Source: Schmidtea polychroa (Eukaryota). From it: a stretch of 64,000 nucleotides of DNA. This document shows, piece by piece, positions 49,658 to 63,430 of the stretch; position 1 is the stretch's first letter; each line of letters begins with the position of its first letter. The stretch is from NCBI GenBank assembly GCA_044892525.1, contig CM097885.1, positions 21,950,001 through 22,014,000 of the forward strand. The letters are read 5' to 3'. The notes beneath the pieces are model-generated. The model saw only the letters and a list, made by a program, of their open reading frames with translations. It did not search any database and was not told the DNA's origin. The translations under genes and the position numbers were made by a program.

Positions 49658-51406
49658 CAGTGGCGTACGCAGGGGGAGGGGTTACTGGGGGTGATTCCAT
49701 GATTCCAACAACAATATAAAAAACTATAATTATATATAATTATATAAATATATAAACTTAAAACAATTTAAGAAAAATTCCGAATGCCGATATATATATA
49801 TATATAGGCCCGACAAAAGGGGGGGGGGGTTTGATGGGGAAATACCCTGGGTTCTAGGGGCCCCGGAGAAAAAATCTATCATGATTTAAATCACTTGATT
49901 TTTTTATGAAAAAATCATGATTTCAATTTGTAGGAACTATGTTCTTCCTTTTGTAGTGCGTGTTTGTGGGGTACGACTGGAGAGTGTCCGTTGCCAAGAT
50001 TGCTTTCGAAACCCCCGTTGCGAAAAAGTCAACACGGCACAAACGCATCTTGCAGTAATGGTAAGCACATGTGGCAATCTTTTGTTTGTCAAGAGTCAAG
50101 TGCTTGCTATCACTGTTCTGGCGCCAGCGCCTTAAGGACCTTAAGGGATGCGTGTGGGCCGACTAGGGAACCGTGTGCGGGACACGGTTATTTTCACGCG
50201 AGTTCATCCTGTACCGCACACGATCAGTCAATCCAAATATATACTAGTTTTTGACATTTTGAGCCTGTTTCATTATTTACAAACTCTATTATCATTTAAC
50301 TAAAAGAAAAATTACAAACATTAATAGTGTAGTAAGTGTAGTTGTTTGATCAATGTGAAAATCTCCAGGAAGAAGCGGATAAAGTAATCGTGTTTGTGAA
50401 CTAAGCCGAAAGTGAATAAGAAATTAACCTAAGCGTTGGGCTGCAAAGCATTTCTTTACCGGTGATGGAGTGCTGAAGTCTAATTTTCGATTATTAGTAA
50501 TTAGCAGTCAATGGGAGACCGCCATCGACTCCGATATTCGCGACGTGGATGAATTAGAAATGACGCCAAGTGACGAATTCAGAACAAATGTTTTCAATGT
50601 TTTCCTAAATTTGTATTATTGGAAATATTGCAAGAAGATTTAATGCGGCTAAAGAAATTGATTCGTTATTTAATGTATTATGGTTATTTCATAACCTTAA
50701 TGATGAAGAAATACAAAAGAAGTCCGAAAAATTACAAAAGGTATATGAAAATAATATTGACCATAATCTTGGTGAAGAAATACTCCATTTAAAATCAATT
50801 TATGATGTCAATATACAAAACAAATCTCTCTCGCCCATTGAGTTACTAAACATCATTAAAAAAATGAAACTGGATGTATTGTTTCCCAACATAATAATAG
50901 CAATAAGATTATTTTGTACGATCCCTGTAACCGTTGCTGAAGCAGAACGATCCTTTAGTGTTTTAAAAAGGGTAAAAGATGTTTTGAGATCCACAATGTC
51001 ACAACACCGATTGAATGATTTAGGAATGTTGTCGATTGAATCTGAAATGGCTAAGAAAATTGATTTTCAAGACGTAATTAATTTGTTTGCTAGGTGCAAG
51101 GTTCGGAAAGCAACATTCTAAAAAATAATTTGTTTTTTGTACTTTTTTTGTAATTTTAGTTGTAAACGTTTTCATTTTTGTAAGAGAATTTTTGATGAAT
51201 ACATTGTTCCAATAACAATTAGGACATTTTTCGGTTTCCGGCTTCATTTATAAATAGCCCAAAGTCCGAGGGGAAAATTTTTTTTCACGCTCTTGGTAGG
51301 GGCCCCCACAAGAAGTATATCCCCGGGCCCCAAAAGTCCTCTCGGCGGCCCTGTATATATATATATATATATACCCCCCCATGTATTCATCCTGCGTACG
51401 CGCCTG
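49658..51406. mobile_element. hAT MITE containing a nested hAT derivative
   Basis: TIR CAGTGGCGTACGCAGG / CCTGCGTACGCGCCTG; perfect 8-bp TSD TTTCTAAT. Confidence 0.9.
49805..51353 (+). mobile_element. Internally deleted hAT transposon (ZMYM1-like dimerisation domain) inserted in a (TA)n tract
   Basis: ORF 50864-51121 FPNIIIAIRLFCTIPVTVAEAERSFSVLKRVKDVLRSTMSQHRLNDLGMLSIE is a hATC domain. Imperfect TIRs, GGCCCC subterminal motifs, TATATATA flanks. Confidence 0.88.
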
Positions 51407-52054
51407 TTTCTAATTAAATATATATTTATTTATAAATTACTATAATAAGTATTTATCTAAATATAGTAATTTGATGATACTATTTTTATTTATACTTTAT
51501 TTTAGGTTACAAACTATTACTATTTTTGTACTTATACTATTTTTAACAATTATTATTAGAATTTACCTAAAATTATTATTATACCTATTATCCTAGCCTC
51601 TATACGGCTAATAAACTTGCGCTCAGAACGAGCCAATCTAACTACTATAGCCAACAAAATGAAACGATAGTTCAAATGTTATTATTTACAAGATTCCACG
51701 CTCTTATCCACGACGGGTAAGATTTTCAAGCAGTTCTTTCGGGATTCCGTCAATCACCTTTTTACATCACCTCTCCTTCGGTCAGCAGGGCATCAATGTC
51801 AACCTACAGCCAAGGGTCTTTCGGTGGAGTCGTTGTCGCCGACGAAATCACTCGGAAGGTATCATGTGAGGTCGCTGGTTGGAGTTTAGCATTGCTGTGA
51901 GCAATCGCTTATTTAGCAGCGAATAAGGATGCTTCGAGCTCTTCGATCTTCTCTCTCCTTTTCGCTAATTTTTTTAGTTATACTAGACGGTTGACTGTTA
52001 TTGACTATGGGAACGCTAGGAAGCGGCACGAAGGGGATTTGTGCAGAAAGAGAA

Positions 52055-52534
52055 CTAGATGCAGGGGTTTACGATTTTTGGAAGATCCGGCCCATGTCCC
52101 GCACGATTGAACAATGCTGCGACGTCCATCTCGTCTGCCCTGTGATGGAGTGGGAACACATTTACTCCGTCCTTGATTGGATATTCGCGAACTCTACTTT
52201 GCAATTCGGACTCTGTATAAACCTGATGAAGGGCCTCGGATTATGCCTTGATGGTTAGTTGCTGACAGCGACTTTCTTCTAAGAGACTGTCCCGACAGTG
52301 CTCTAACCTGAGGATCTTCATTTTTTCCTCCTTCATTTGTGGCGGGGAGAACCACGTATGTTCTAGCGTTTCGATACGCTTTTTAAGAACCCCTATGTGT
52401 TCGTGTAACTTCTTTATATCCTTATTTTTGTCGGAGCACGAGAAACACGGTCTCCGCTCACTTTTAGGTAGGTTGGGTTCTGACATATCTAAATACAAGA
52501 ACTCGTTTACAATTCGTCGATCTATCGGTCTCAA
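52055..52534 (-). pseudogene. Homolog of the 42558-43022 ORF with an in-frame premature TAA at 52241-52243
   Basis: ETLEHTWFSPPQMKEEKMKILRL...LTIKA*SEALHQ aligns to NFECTWFPPAEMKKKMKLITQL...LRVRELEVKVHQ; the frame continues ~60 codons past the stop. Confidence 0.6.
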
Positions 52535-55500
52535 CTCTACTCAGACACTCCAGTTGAATTATCGGGCACTCATACATTCAAATTCAGCCGGAAAAGTTTG
52601 CATTGCCCTCCCTTTCCTACACTCGACGTAAAAATTTATATTTCCACACGATCAATTGCTAAGCAAGACATTCTCTGTGATAAACGGAAATTTCTGTACT
52701 AAGTTACGATTTAACGGTCAAATTTCATTATGCTGTTATTATTGCTCACCCCTATATTGTAATTTGAGTTTATAATGGATTAATGTTTCAGGTAAATGTT
52801 GGTTAATTGTCGTCTGTCGATTTTTTCGTCGAGGAATTATTATATTTTATAACGGATGTCGCCTATTTGATTTTTGGATTTCTTTCTGGCTGACAAACAC
52901 TTGTTATACGACTTCCCGCTAATTTGATAATTAACTCACCTAGATATAACTCATGTTACTTATCTAAATTCTCTGATTTTAATTCAATGTCTTTCATATA
53001 TTGGTGTACACTTCACTATTTAATTACCCAAATTTGTGATTTCATGTTCGTTTAATTACTTTATCGTTTATAATGTAAATTTTAACGCGAGACTTTTGAA
53101 GTTTGTTTATCTTTCAGTTTTATTTGTTTATATAACAGTTATTTGGTCGTTGATCGCGAATGACGATCCCTTATGTGAAAATTATCAAAGAGACTAATCT
53201 ATCGATTGACCGATTTGTTTAAGAAATATAGTGTAAACGATGTATCAATGATTATAATTACTTATCTGTACGTTTTTTAAGTAATGCTGACAAATTTGGA
53301 TTTAATCGATGTGAACGGAAACGAAAAATACGATTGTCGACGGGCTTGTTTATACTCAATGGATCGCAATATCATGTTCATTGGAGTGTTTACGGCATCA
53401 AGATGTTCATCTCGTTTTGGGCAGCTTAACAAAATCGATATTAAATCTGGAATCTGTACGAAATTCATTGCAACTTCCGTCCATCTGTGATCATCAAATA
53501 TATCCAAGTGAAAATGAATTTCCTACCGTCTGAGAAATCTGGTTATTTGGACGATGACTAGAATCTATAGAAGATGATGGAAATTACCCTAATTATATGT
53601 AAAGATGGATTTTGGACCATTTCGTTGGTTCACAAGCAAAATTCACTTAGTAAATTTTCCAAGATTTCATTATAATGCCAACTTTATATGGGCAAAATCT
53701 TATAAGTCGTAAATTGATATTGTTGAGGTTTTTAGGCGGATATTTATTGCACTAAGTCAATCGTGCTATTATAATACAATCAGAAATTCCTAAGTTAATA
53801 TCGATTTACTAAAAACTATGTTTTTTGAATTAGTGATTTCTGCTTTTAAACCGACGATTTATTGAAATTGGATGTGAAGATCGAAACAAAATGCCCGACG
53901 TGACTGTTTTTTGCTCCGTGACTCGATGTACGTCGAATATTGTGTACTCTCAATATGTCGTTTACGCATGATGGTTACTCGCACCTCTATCTTGCTCACA
54001 CTTCGAAAATGATACTGAGAAGTCTCCAGGTCAGTTTGAAAATCGACATTCTATTACTGGTCTCTCCACCTTTCACGGTTCACTCGAAAACCACCGGTAC
54101 AAGTACTGACTATTATCGAACGACCGTGCCAGGCGGATTGACCGTACTGCCATTTATGTTTATAAAATTATAGACTTATAAAATTACTTCAAAAAGTTAA
54201 ATATTATAAATAAATTCTTACTAACGACCATAATCCTTGCCTCTGCGCATGATAATTCCGGAACTACCCATCGACCCAGTCAGGGCACTTAACACTAATT
54301 CGTACTAAATCGACAATGTTTTCCTCTCCTAACATCATTCGAATCTCGTTGGAAATTTCATAATACTCGGAATTCATAATGTTCTTCTTCACAAATTTGT
54401 TGAATTGTCGCAGATGATGCACAGCTGTCCAAGTAGTATCGTCGTCAGGCATCGTGAAGAGAAATCGAAATATAGCTATCAGTGATATTTTGTCTATTAC
54501 ATTTACAATCGTAATGATAAAATATAACAATAAAAGTTAGTTTACTTTTTCCGATTTTGTTGTCTCGAAATTTGTTGAATGAGGTTATAGGAATCTTCTC
54601 CGGTGTCTCGAAATCGTTATGATCTGAGATGATGTTTTCAAAGTTCTACTGTAAAATTTCTAAGTCCTAGTTCTAGTGATTGATATCGTTAAATTAATAG
54701 TAGTCATGTAGTATGAGTTTTCCTGTCGAAAATTTGATAAGTTTCTATCTTTGAGTTCCCGTTTAAGTTCTGTCAAAAATTTTTAGAAGTTGTTTTACCA
54801 TTAAAACAATTTTTACCTGTCGAAAATATTTAGAAGTTAAACTAACTACTAAACGACCACTTTATATAGTATTTTTCGTCCAATCAGGACTTAGTTGGGT
54901 GTATTTTCTATTATTTCCTTGTTTTTTGGATTTTTATTTGTTTTTATTTATTTATTTTATTTAATTATTTTATTCGTTTATTTAATTTCTATTTTTTCCT
55001 ATTTTTTGGTTGGTTTCTATTACTAATTCTACGTATGGTTTGTTATTTTAATTTCTTTTGTTTTTATTTTATGTGTTTAGGATTGACTTTTCCTGTTTCC
55101 TTATTTATTCTGATTCCCCGCTATTTTGTTATTTCATTTAATTATTTTTCCTATATTTGTTTGCTAGGGTTACCTAATTTGGGTTAGTTGGTCATTATTC
55201 GTGGTATCTTTATGCTGATTTTTTTGGTTAGTGTTTTTCTCTTTTTATTATTTAATTTCTTTTATACTTAGCTATTTTGTTTAATTCTATTTAATACGGT
55301 GTCTCAATTTTTTAATTTATTTGTAGGAAACATCATTTTTCTAACGACTCGCCACCGTTTTTCAATTCCTACAACCTCACTTCAGCTTTTTTGGCTCCGA
55401 GCCCAACACTGTGATGAATATAAGAAGAAAGAAGTAGTACACAATCTACTTGTTGAATTAAGAAGACTATAAGCAATTATATGATCAAGAATATACTTAT

Positions 55501-55935
55501 TATTTTGTCTTTAATTGTCATTATTTTTATATGTTTATTAATACCTAGTTGTAAGTACTAGATGTCAGTTTGTAGAAATAATACTATTACTTATATAAGT
55601 AAATAATGAACATTTAAGTTTCGAGTTCTATGATTTATCCTTTGGTGAATAAAATGTTCAGTTATGATAAGGTCTCGATAATTGAGGTTCTCAACTTTGC
55701 TGTCTCCTATTTATTTCTATTAAAAATAACACAAACAGAAGATGTTGGTTTTAAAAATTTATTTAAAGAAATATTTACCAATAAAATTGCAAACACTTTT
55801 TGTTTTGAATCACACTCAATCATCTCCGCAAATTTCAATATAAAAGATGCGTGCTATGGATTGTGTGAATGTTGTATTCTTTCTTGCTGTGTTTTGTGCA
55901 CTTTTTGACATTTTTGTTGTGTCTATCGTATACTA

Positions 55936-56802
55936 CACCAAACGCCACTGAGATGCATTTCCTATAATATAACAAAAAAATCAATAATCTTACATTATAG
56001 AAACATACATACTTACTCTGATTTCACGTTGATGTTCTCATTTAGAGTGCAGTCAGATACATCCTATACTATAGAAATCTGAAAAGTGGAAGAAAAAATA
56101 AAAACTGCACACAAACACAACACATACTAAAAAACACATACAAACTTTTGATTCATCGAAATGCACCGCTGAGATACATTTCTATAATAATTCTATTTTA
56201 GACAATTTTTGGATAAAAAAAGATCGCTGAAAATTTTTAAAAATATATTTTTTAATGAAATTTCAAGAGCAGATGAATTTTGTTCAATGTCTTTTCAATC
56301 CATATTTCCTTTCCTGAAAGAAGCTCCTCATATTGAGCTCAGAAAAAAAATTACAAAAATTATTTTATTTTTATTATTCGGGGATTTTTCCCAAAATGTT
56401 TTAGAAAAGTACATATTTTTGGTAATTCATTTATTTTAATTATAATTAAAAAACATATCTAACTCACATTTTTTCGAAAATATTCCAAAATACTTGTCAT
56501 AAAATATCAAAAATCCCTGAAAATTAATTAAAAATAATTTATAATTATAATGTTGAGTAAAAGTAATATTTAAGAACTTGAATAATGATCTCATATCTAT
56601 ATGGATCAAAATTCAAGACTTAAACTTTACTTAAAATTAAATATCTTACCTGAAAGCCATTTCTAAAATGGCTAAAATAAATTTCAGAAAAAACATTCAT
56701 TATCAAATTCATATTCAAATTGATGATGATACAGCCAATTGGTGAGTGAATTTTTACACGCCAACCACCACTATAGAGAATGTATCTCAGTGGTGTTTGG
56801 TG
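55936..56802. mobile_element. Tc1/mariner-type MITE (867 bp)
   Basis: ~31-bp TIR CACCAAACGCCACTGAGATGCATT / AATGTATCTCAGTGGTGTTTGGTG with TA TSD. Confidence 0.88.
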
Positions 56803-56991
56803 TAAAGTCTTAAGGGATTAACCTTTTTAGATTAATTACAGCTATTTATAAATTTTCGGGAATCTGTTATTATAATAATTAAATAAATTTTTTAAGGGTC
56901 ATTAATTTCTTTAAGATTATGATATTTTAAGGAGTATTAATTATTACTATTAGATTTTTTCCCCCGACATATAATTAAGGCTACAAGTATA

Positions 56992-57884
56992 CAGGAAACC
57001 CTCGATTAACGCGGTTAATTGCTTCACGAAAAACGTCGTGTTAATCAAAACCGCGTTATTTGAAGTTAATAAGCAATGTGAAAAATTATAATTCGTTCCA
57101 AGTCCTTCAGAATAGCAACCAACATTTCTTTAAATTTAATTTTTATCTCTATTTAGCGTACCATAGATTATAAACAAAGGATAATAATATATATTTGCGG
57201 CAAAGGTTTATTAAAATACACAAATAAATACCATTTCCTTGCAAAAGAATGAATTTATAGTACATACAATATGTATGCAATGTACACATTTTGAAAAAAG
57301 TTATTATAGACGCACCAGTAGCTATTAATGCAGAATAAAAAAAACCTATTGATTGATTTATAGAACATGACACCGTACATAAAAAAACACATTTAAAGTT
57401 ACATTTTAGGAAAATTCAAAAGTTAACAATTTATTCTCATTTTTTAAATAATTTCAAATGCTGGTTTGCACAGATTTTTGTTTTTTGTTTTCCTCGTAAA
57501 TTTGTTTGTAAGACGAAAGAGTCTTGTCAATGTTTCTGCAAATTTGCATGGCTCAATCGATTTCTGGATTTGCAGCAATGACAACATCTTTCAGCTGTTC
57601 GGCTATTCGAAAAATCTCTTCAAATTCTTTATTTGAAAACTTTTTTGTAGTGTTTACTACCTCACAAACTTCTTCTTCTTCTTCTGCAAATTCTTGTGAC
57701 TGATAAATATTCAAGAGGTGCAAGTCATTTAATTCCTCGGAATGTGAATTTAATGTCTCGCGGATGCCATCATTATCAATTTCATCTAAGCCAAGTTCTC
57801 TTCCAATATCAGTAATTTCTTGAATGACATTGTCGATATGAGAGAATCCTGCAAAATCATTTGAGCAATGTGGTAATAGATGTT
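56992..57884 (-). mobile_element. pogo/Tigger transposon 3' remnant, interrupted at 57885
   Basis: TA|CAGGAAACCCTCGATTAACGCGG TIR. Minus strand encodes LLPHCSNDFAGFSHIDNVIQEITDIGRELGLDEIDNDGIRETLNSHSEELND, like a Tigger-type C-terminus. Confidence 0.8.
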
Positions 57885-58824
57885 AGTAGAGAGAAGTGTG
57901 CTCCATGACTCATCGTTTTTTGTCATTTTTTTGCACTACCCCCCCCCGATGACTCAGCGCAAAACAAAGACATATGACTCATCGATGACTCATCCATAGC
58001 AACAGCGGTAACTGGATCAAGGTCATATGACTCACCCATAGCAACCGTGGTAACCATGGTAACTAGATCAAGGTCGCATGACTCATCCATAGCAACGGTG
58101 GTCCCCATGGCAACTAGGCCAAGGTCATTCTATTTTTAGCAACAAGGTCACATGACGTCATCGATGACTCATCAAGGTCATTCTATTTTAGTAAATAGGT
58201 CAAGGTCATTCTATTTTTAGTAACAAGGTCACATGACTCATCATTTTTAAACAAAGACGATGACTCATCATTAAAGTACATATGATTCATCACCGTTGAT
58301 CCTGCCCGATGACTCATCATTTTTAAACAAAGAAGATGACTCATCAAGGTCATTCTATTTTTATTAACAAGGTCATATGACTCATCATTTTTGGAACAAA
58401 GCCAACTTACTCATTATTAAAGTATGTATGACTCATCATTTTTTAAAACAAAGAAATATTTAATATTTAAATAAATACATTTAAACAAAGACATTTAATC
58501 AAATATTTAAACAATGACATGTAAACAAATATTTAAAAAAAATACATTTAAACAAATATTTAAACAAAGACATTTAATCAAATATTTAAATAATGACATG
58601 TAAACAAATATTTAAATAAATACATTTAAACAAAGACATATAGACAAAGACTCATCGATGACTCATAGTTTAAATAAGGAGTTATTATTTTTTTTTGTGC
58701 ACTACCCCCCACCCCTTGTATGACTCATCGATGACTTTTTTGAACAAAGACCAATCATTTATTTTTAAGACAAAGACTATCACACACGATTAGAACGATG
58801 ACTCAGGACTCCACTAGAACAAAG

Positions 58825-58995
<171 letters not shown>

Positions 58996-59799
58996 TAAAA
59001 TAAACAGTACAAGCTTTGTGATACCCAGTGCAAATCCCAATAGTAGACTAGTTTCGAGCTTTTGGCTCTCATCAGTACTATGCGGGAGACACGAAGATTT
59101 CTCTTCGCGCCAGGTAAGTATACAATATTGTTGATTCAACTCTATTGCATACTTTCCCCGGTACACTGGAAATCACATCGCTTGAAAAATAGCTTGGTCA
59201 CAGAAAAAAATCTGTAAACTTGTTGGCGTATGAAAAATCATAATCACCTCTGCGGACTAAAAAATTAGTCGATACACAGAAACTATTATTATTATTATTA
59301 ATATTACTTATTATTATATATGTTTATTAATATTACTTATTATTATCAATAGTATTATTATTTTCAATGTAATATTATTATTTTATTATAATTATTATTA
59401 CTATTATTATTATCAAATTAATATTATTTCAAAATATTATTTCAAAGTAATTACAAAGTAATAAAAAACATTACCATTTCTGATATAATTTTCTCCATAA
59501 AAACATATTCTTCATAAAAAATTCATAATAAAATTTCATAAAAAATTCATAAATTGATTTCATAATTTCTAAAAAACATTATAATTAAAAACATAATAAT
59601 TAAAATTTACTTTTTCATCCACGAGCATTTTGAAAAAAGCATAGAGTATATGTATCGTCTATCCAATCAGAATAACGATAGGATAGAGAAATATACGCAC
59701 ACATACTCTATGCTTTGTTCTAAAATGATGAGTCATCAATGACTCACATAGTAACAAATAATGTCTTTGTTTATAAACTGATGGGTTACTTAAAAAATC

Positions 59800-60470
59800 T
59801 TTTCAAACCTTATCATTCGAAAGGTATTTCAGAGGTATATTTAATGGTCATATCTTCGAATGGTATAACCTTCAAAGGGTCAAAAACCTTCGAATTTTTT
59901 CAAACTTTATAATATATATCATTCGAAAGGTATTTCAGAGGTCTATCTAATGTTCATATCTTCGAAGGTGTATGGTTGGTCAATAACCCTTCAAAGGTCA
60001 AAAACCTTCAATTTTTTTCAAACTTTATAATATATATATCATTCGAAAGGTATTTAAGAGGTCTATCTAATGGTCATATCTTCGAAGGTGTATGGTTGGT
60101 CAATAACCTTCAAAGGGTCAAAAACCTTCAATTTTTTTAAAATCTCATAATATATATATTAAACAAAAGGAAATTCAAAGATGAGTATGATGGTCCAAGT
60201 TTAAAGGGTCCAAGGTTTAAATTTTGAAAACATTATAATATACATATCAAACAAAAGGTAATACAAAGATGAGTATGATGGTCCAAGGGTCGAAGGTATA
60301 TGGTGGGTCAATAACCTTCAAAGGGTCAAAAACTTTCGAACTTTATAATATACATATCAAACAAAAGGTAATACAAAGATGAGTATGATGGTCCAAGTTT
60401 AAAGGGTCCAAGGTTCAAATTTTTCAAACCTTATAATATACATATCAAACAAAAGGTACTACAAAGGTAG
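59800..60470 (+). repeat. ~120-bp tandem repeat (TATCATTCGAAAGGTATT / TATCAAACAAAAGGT units)
   Basis: About six diverging units read directly. Confidence 0.85.
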
Positions 60471-60624
60471 TCATCGCTGACTTTTTATAACAAAGACAAT
60501 GACTCATCACTTTTTAAAACAAAGACATCTGTTTTCAGAATGACGCACCCATGGGATTTATTATTATTAATATCAAAATTATTATTATTATCAATAGTAT
60601 TATTATTATTTTTATTATTATTAA

Positions 60625-60735
<111 letters not shown>

Positions 60736-60994
60736 ATTATATTCATGTCTTTGTTAATCATGCACGTTTATTGCAAAGTCTTTGTTAATTATGCAAGTGT
60801 ATTGCAAATTTATTAGTCATACCTTGATATTAATTTTACACACATACTCAATCCATTATTATTATTGCAAGTATTAGAGATAAATCTAAAATATTTACAC
60901 ACACAAGTCTATTCGAAAGTATACATGCTAGGATTACACACCTTAAGGGTAGAAAAATATTTCTGAGTGATTGTGTGTGCAATAGCCAAAAATA

Positions 60995-62320
60995 ATAAAT
61001 TTTATCAAATACATGTATAAATTTAGGTAAATTTTATGAAAAATCTATGTGTGTGTTACGGGTATAGTATGTGTGTGCGTAAATATATGAAATTTTATCA
61101 AATACATGTAAATTTAGTTAAATTTTATGAAAAATCTGTGTGTGTGTGTTACGGGTATAGTATGTGTGTGTAAAAATATGAAATTTTATCAAATACATGT
61201 ATAAATTTAGGTAAATTTTATGAAAAATCTATGTTTTTGTGTGTGTGTGTTACGGGTATAGTATGTGTGTGCGTAAATATATGAAATTTTATCAAATACA
61301 TGTAAATTTAGGTAAATTTTATGAAAAATCTATGTGTGTGTGTTACGGGTAGAGTATGTGTGTGTGTAAAAATTTTATCAAATACATGTAAATTTAGTTA
61401 AATTTTATGAAAAATCTATGTGTGTGTGTGTTATGGGTAGAGTATGTGTGTATGTACAAATTTTATCAAATACATGTAAATTTCTTTAAAAAAAAATCTA
61501 TATGTGTGTTTGTCCTATGGGGTAGAGAATTATTGTATATGTGTGTAAAAATTATATCAAATTTCTTTAAAATTTATGAAAAATCTATATATGTGTGTGT
61601 TATGGGGTAGAGTATGTGTGCGTAAAAAACTTTTATCAAATACATGTAAATTTCTTTCAAAAATCTATGTTTTCTGTGTGTGCTATGGTTAGAGAATTAT
61701 TATGGGTGTATGTGTGTAAAAATATTAAATTTTATCAAATACATGTAAATTTCTTTCAAAAATCTATGTTTTCTGTGTGTGCTATGGTTAGAGAATTATT
61801 ATGGGTGTATGTGTGTAAAAATATTAAATTTTATCAAATACATGTAAATTTCTTTCAAAAATCTATGTTTTCTGTGTGTGTGTGTGGTATGGGTAATTAT
61901 TATGGGTGTGTAAAAACTTTTATCAAATACATGTAAATTTCTTTAAAAAATCTATGTGTGTGCTATGGTTAGAGAATTATTATATGTGTATTTGTGTACA
62001 AATAATAAATTTTATAAAAATCATGTAAATTTCATTAAAAAATCTATGTTTTCTGTGTGTGTGTGCTATAGAGTAGAGTATGTGTGTGTAAAAATATGAA
62101 ATACATGTAAATTTCTTTAAAATATCTACGTGTGTGTGTTATGGGTAATTATTATGTGTATGTATGTGTAAAAATATGAAATTTTATCAAATACATGTAG
62201 ATTTCTTTAAAAATCTATGTTTACTGTGTGTGTACTATGGGGTATAGTATATGTGTGTGTAAAAAATTTTATCAAATTTCTTTAAAATTATTGAAAAATC
62301 TATGTTTTTGTGTGCATTGT
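60995..62320 (+). repeat. ~85-110-bp tandem repeat (AAATTTTATCAAATACATGTAAATTT...AAAATCTATG(TG)n)
   Basis: More than 12 units; also visible as a repeated peptide in ORF 61595-61936. Confidence 0.9.
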
Positions 62321-62611
62321 ACATGTATTGGACATGCCTATTTTAACATGGGTATATATGTGGGTACTACTGCTTACATGTCTGAGTATGGGTAATACTG
62401 CTAATGTCAGTATATTAAATTCTGACCAATCAAAATCAAGGAAGGGGTAGGAAAAATAAATATATTCTGACCAATCAATTAAGGGGTAGAACAAAAATAT
62501 ATTACGTTGCGGTATTTTAAAACTTAAATATATTTTGATACCATTTTTTACATTTTCATCAATTATTATTATTAACGCCGGGGGATATTATTATTATTTA
62601 TAATATTTTCA

Positions 62612-62684
<73 letters not shown>

Positions 62685-62690
<6 letters not shown>

Positions 62691-62945
62691 TTCAAAGTTA
62701 TTTTCAAATTATTATTTTCAAAATATTATTTTCAAAGTATTATTTTCAAAGTATTATTTTCAAAGTAATATTATTTTCAAAGTATTATTATTTTCAAAGT
62801 AATATTATTTTCAAAGTATTATTTTCAAAGTATTAATATTTTCAAAGTGTTATTTTCAAAGTATTTTTATTTTCATAGGTTTTTTCAAAGTATTATTTTC
62901 AAAATATTATTTTCAGAGTATTATTTTCAAAGATATTTTCGAAGT
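62685..62945 (+). repeat. 14-bp minisatellite (TTATTTTCAAAGTA)n
   Basis: Read directly. Confidence 0.9.
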
Positions 62946-63357
62946 TTCAATATTATTTACTTAATTTCTACATCAATTTCATAATTTTCACGATTTTCGA
63001 AATTTTCATAATTTTCAACTGTATTTCGTCCATCATTATTCACTAAAAAATCGTAAAAATAATAATTTACCTATTGATCCACGATCGTTGTTCATTTTGA
63101 AATATTTTTGTATAAATGAAAAAGAATTACAAAAGCATAGAGTATATCTATCCAATCAGAATGCAGGAAAAAAAACGTACACATATTCATGTCTTTGTTT
63201 AAAAAAGAATGAGTCATCGATGAGTCATTGTTACTAAGTGAGCAACATAAAGACATCTTTGTTACTCATTGTCTTTGTTAAATTTGCACGTGACATGAGT
63301 TCAACATGTCTTTATAATAATAATATTTATGTGAATAATAATAAAATAAAAAATTAA

Positions 63358-63430
<73 letters not shown>

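Larger units (their letters stand above)
48955..55408 (-). mobile_element. Second TG...CA element (possible giant solo LTR), same family as 37577-43347
   Basis: In element orientation it starts TGTTGGGCT and ends CAGTACCTAACA. It has the same A-rich 5' region and a homologous TWF ORF, with ACACTGT at both junctions. Confidence 0.6.

Noticed and set aside
49917..50254. Cys-rich ORFs 49917 and 49964
   Set aside because: They lie in the GC-rich subterminal region of a hAT element and have no domain pattern.
61407..61936. Repetitive 113-aa ORF
   Set aside because: Translation of the ~100-bp tandem repeat.
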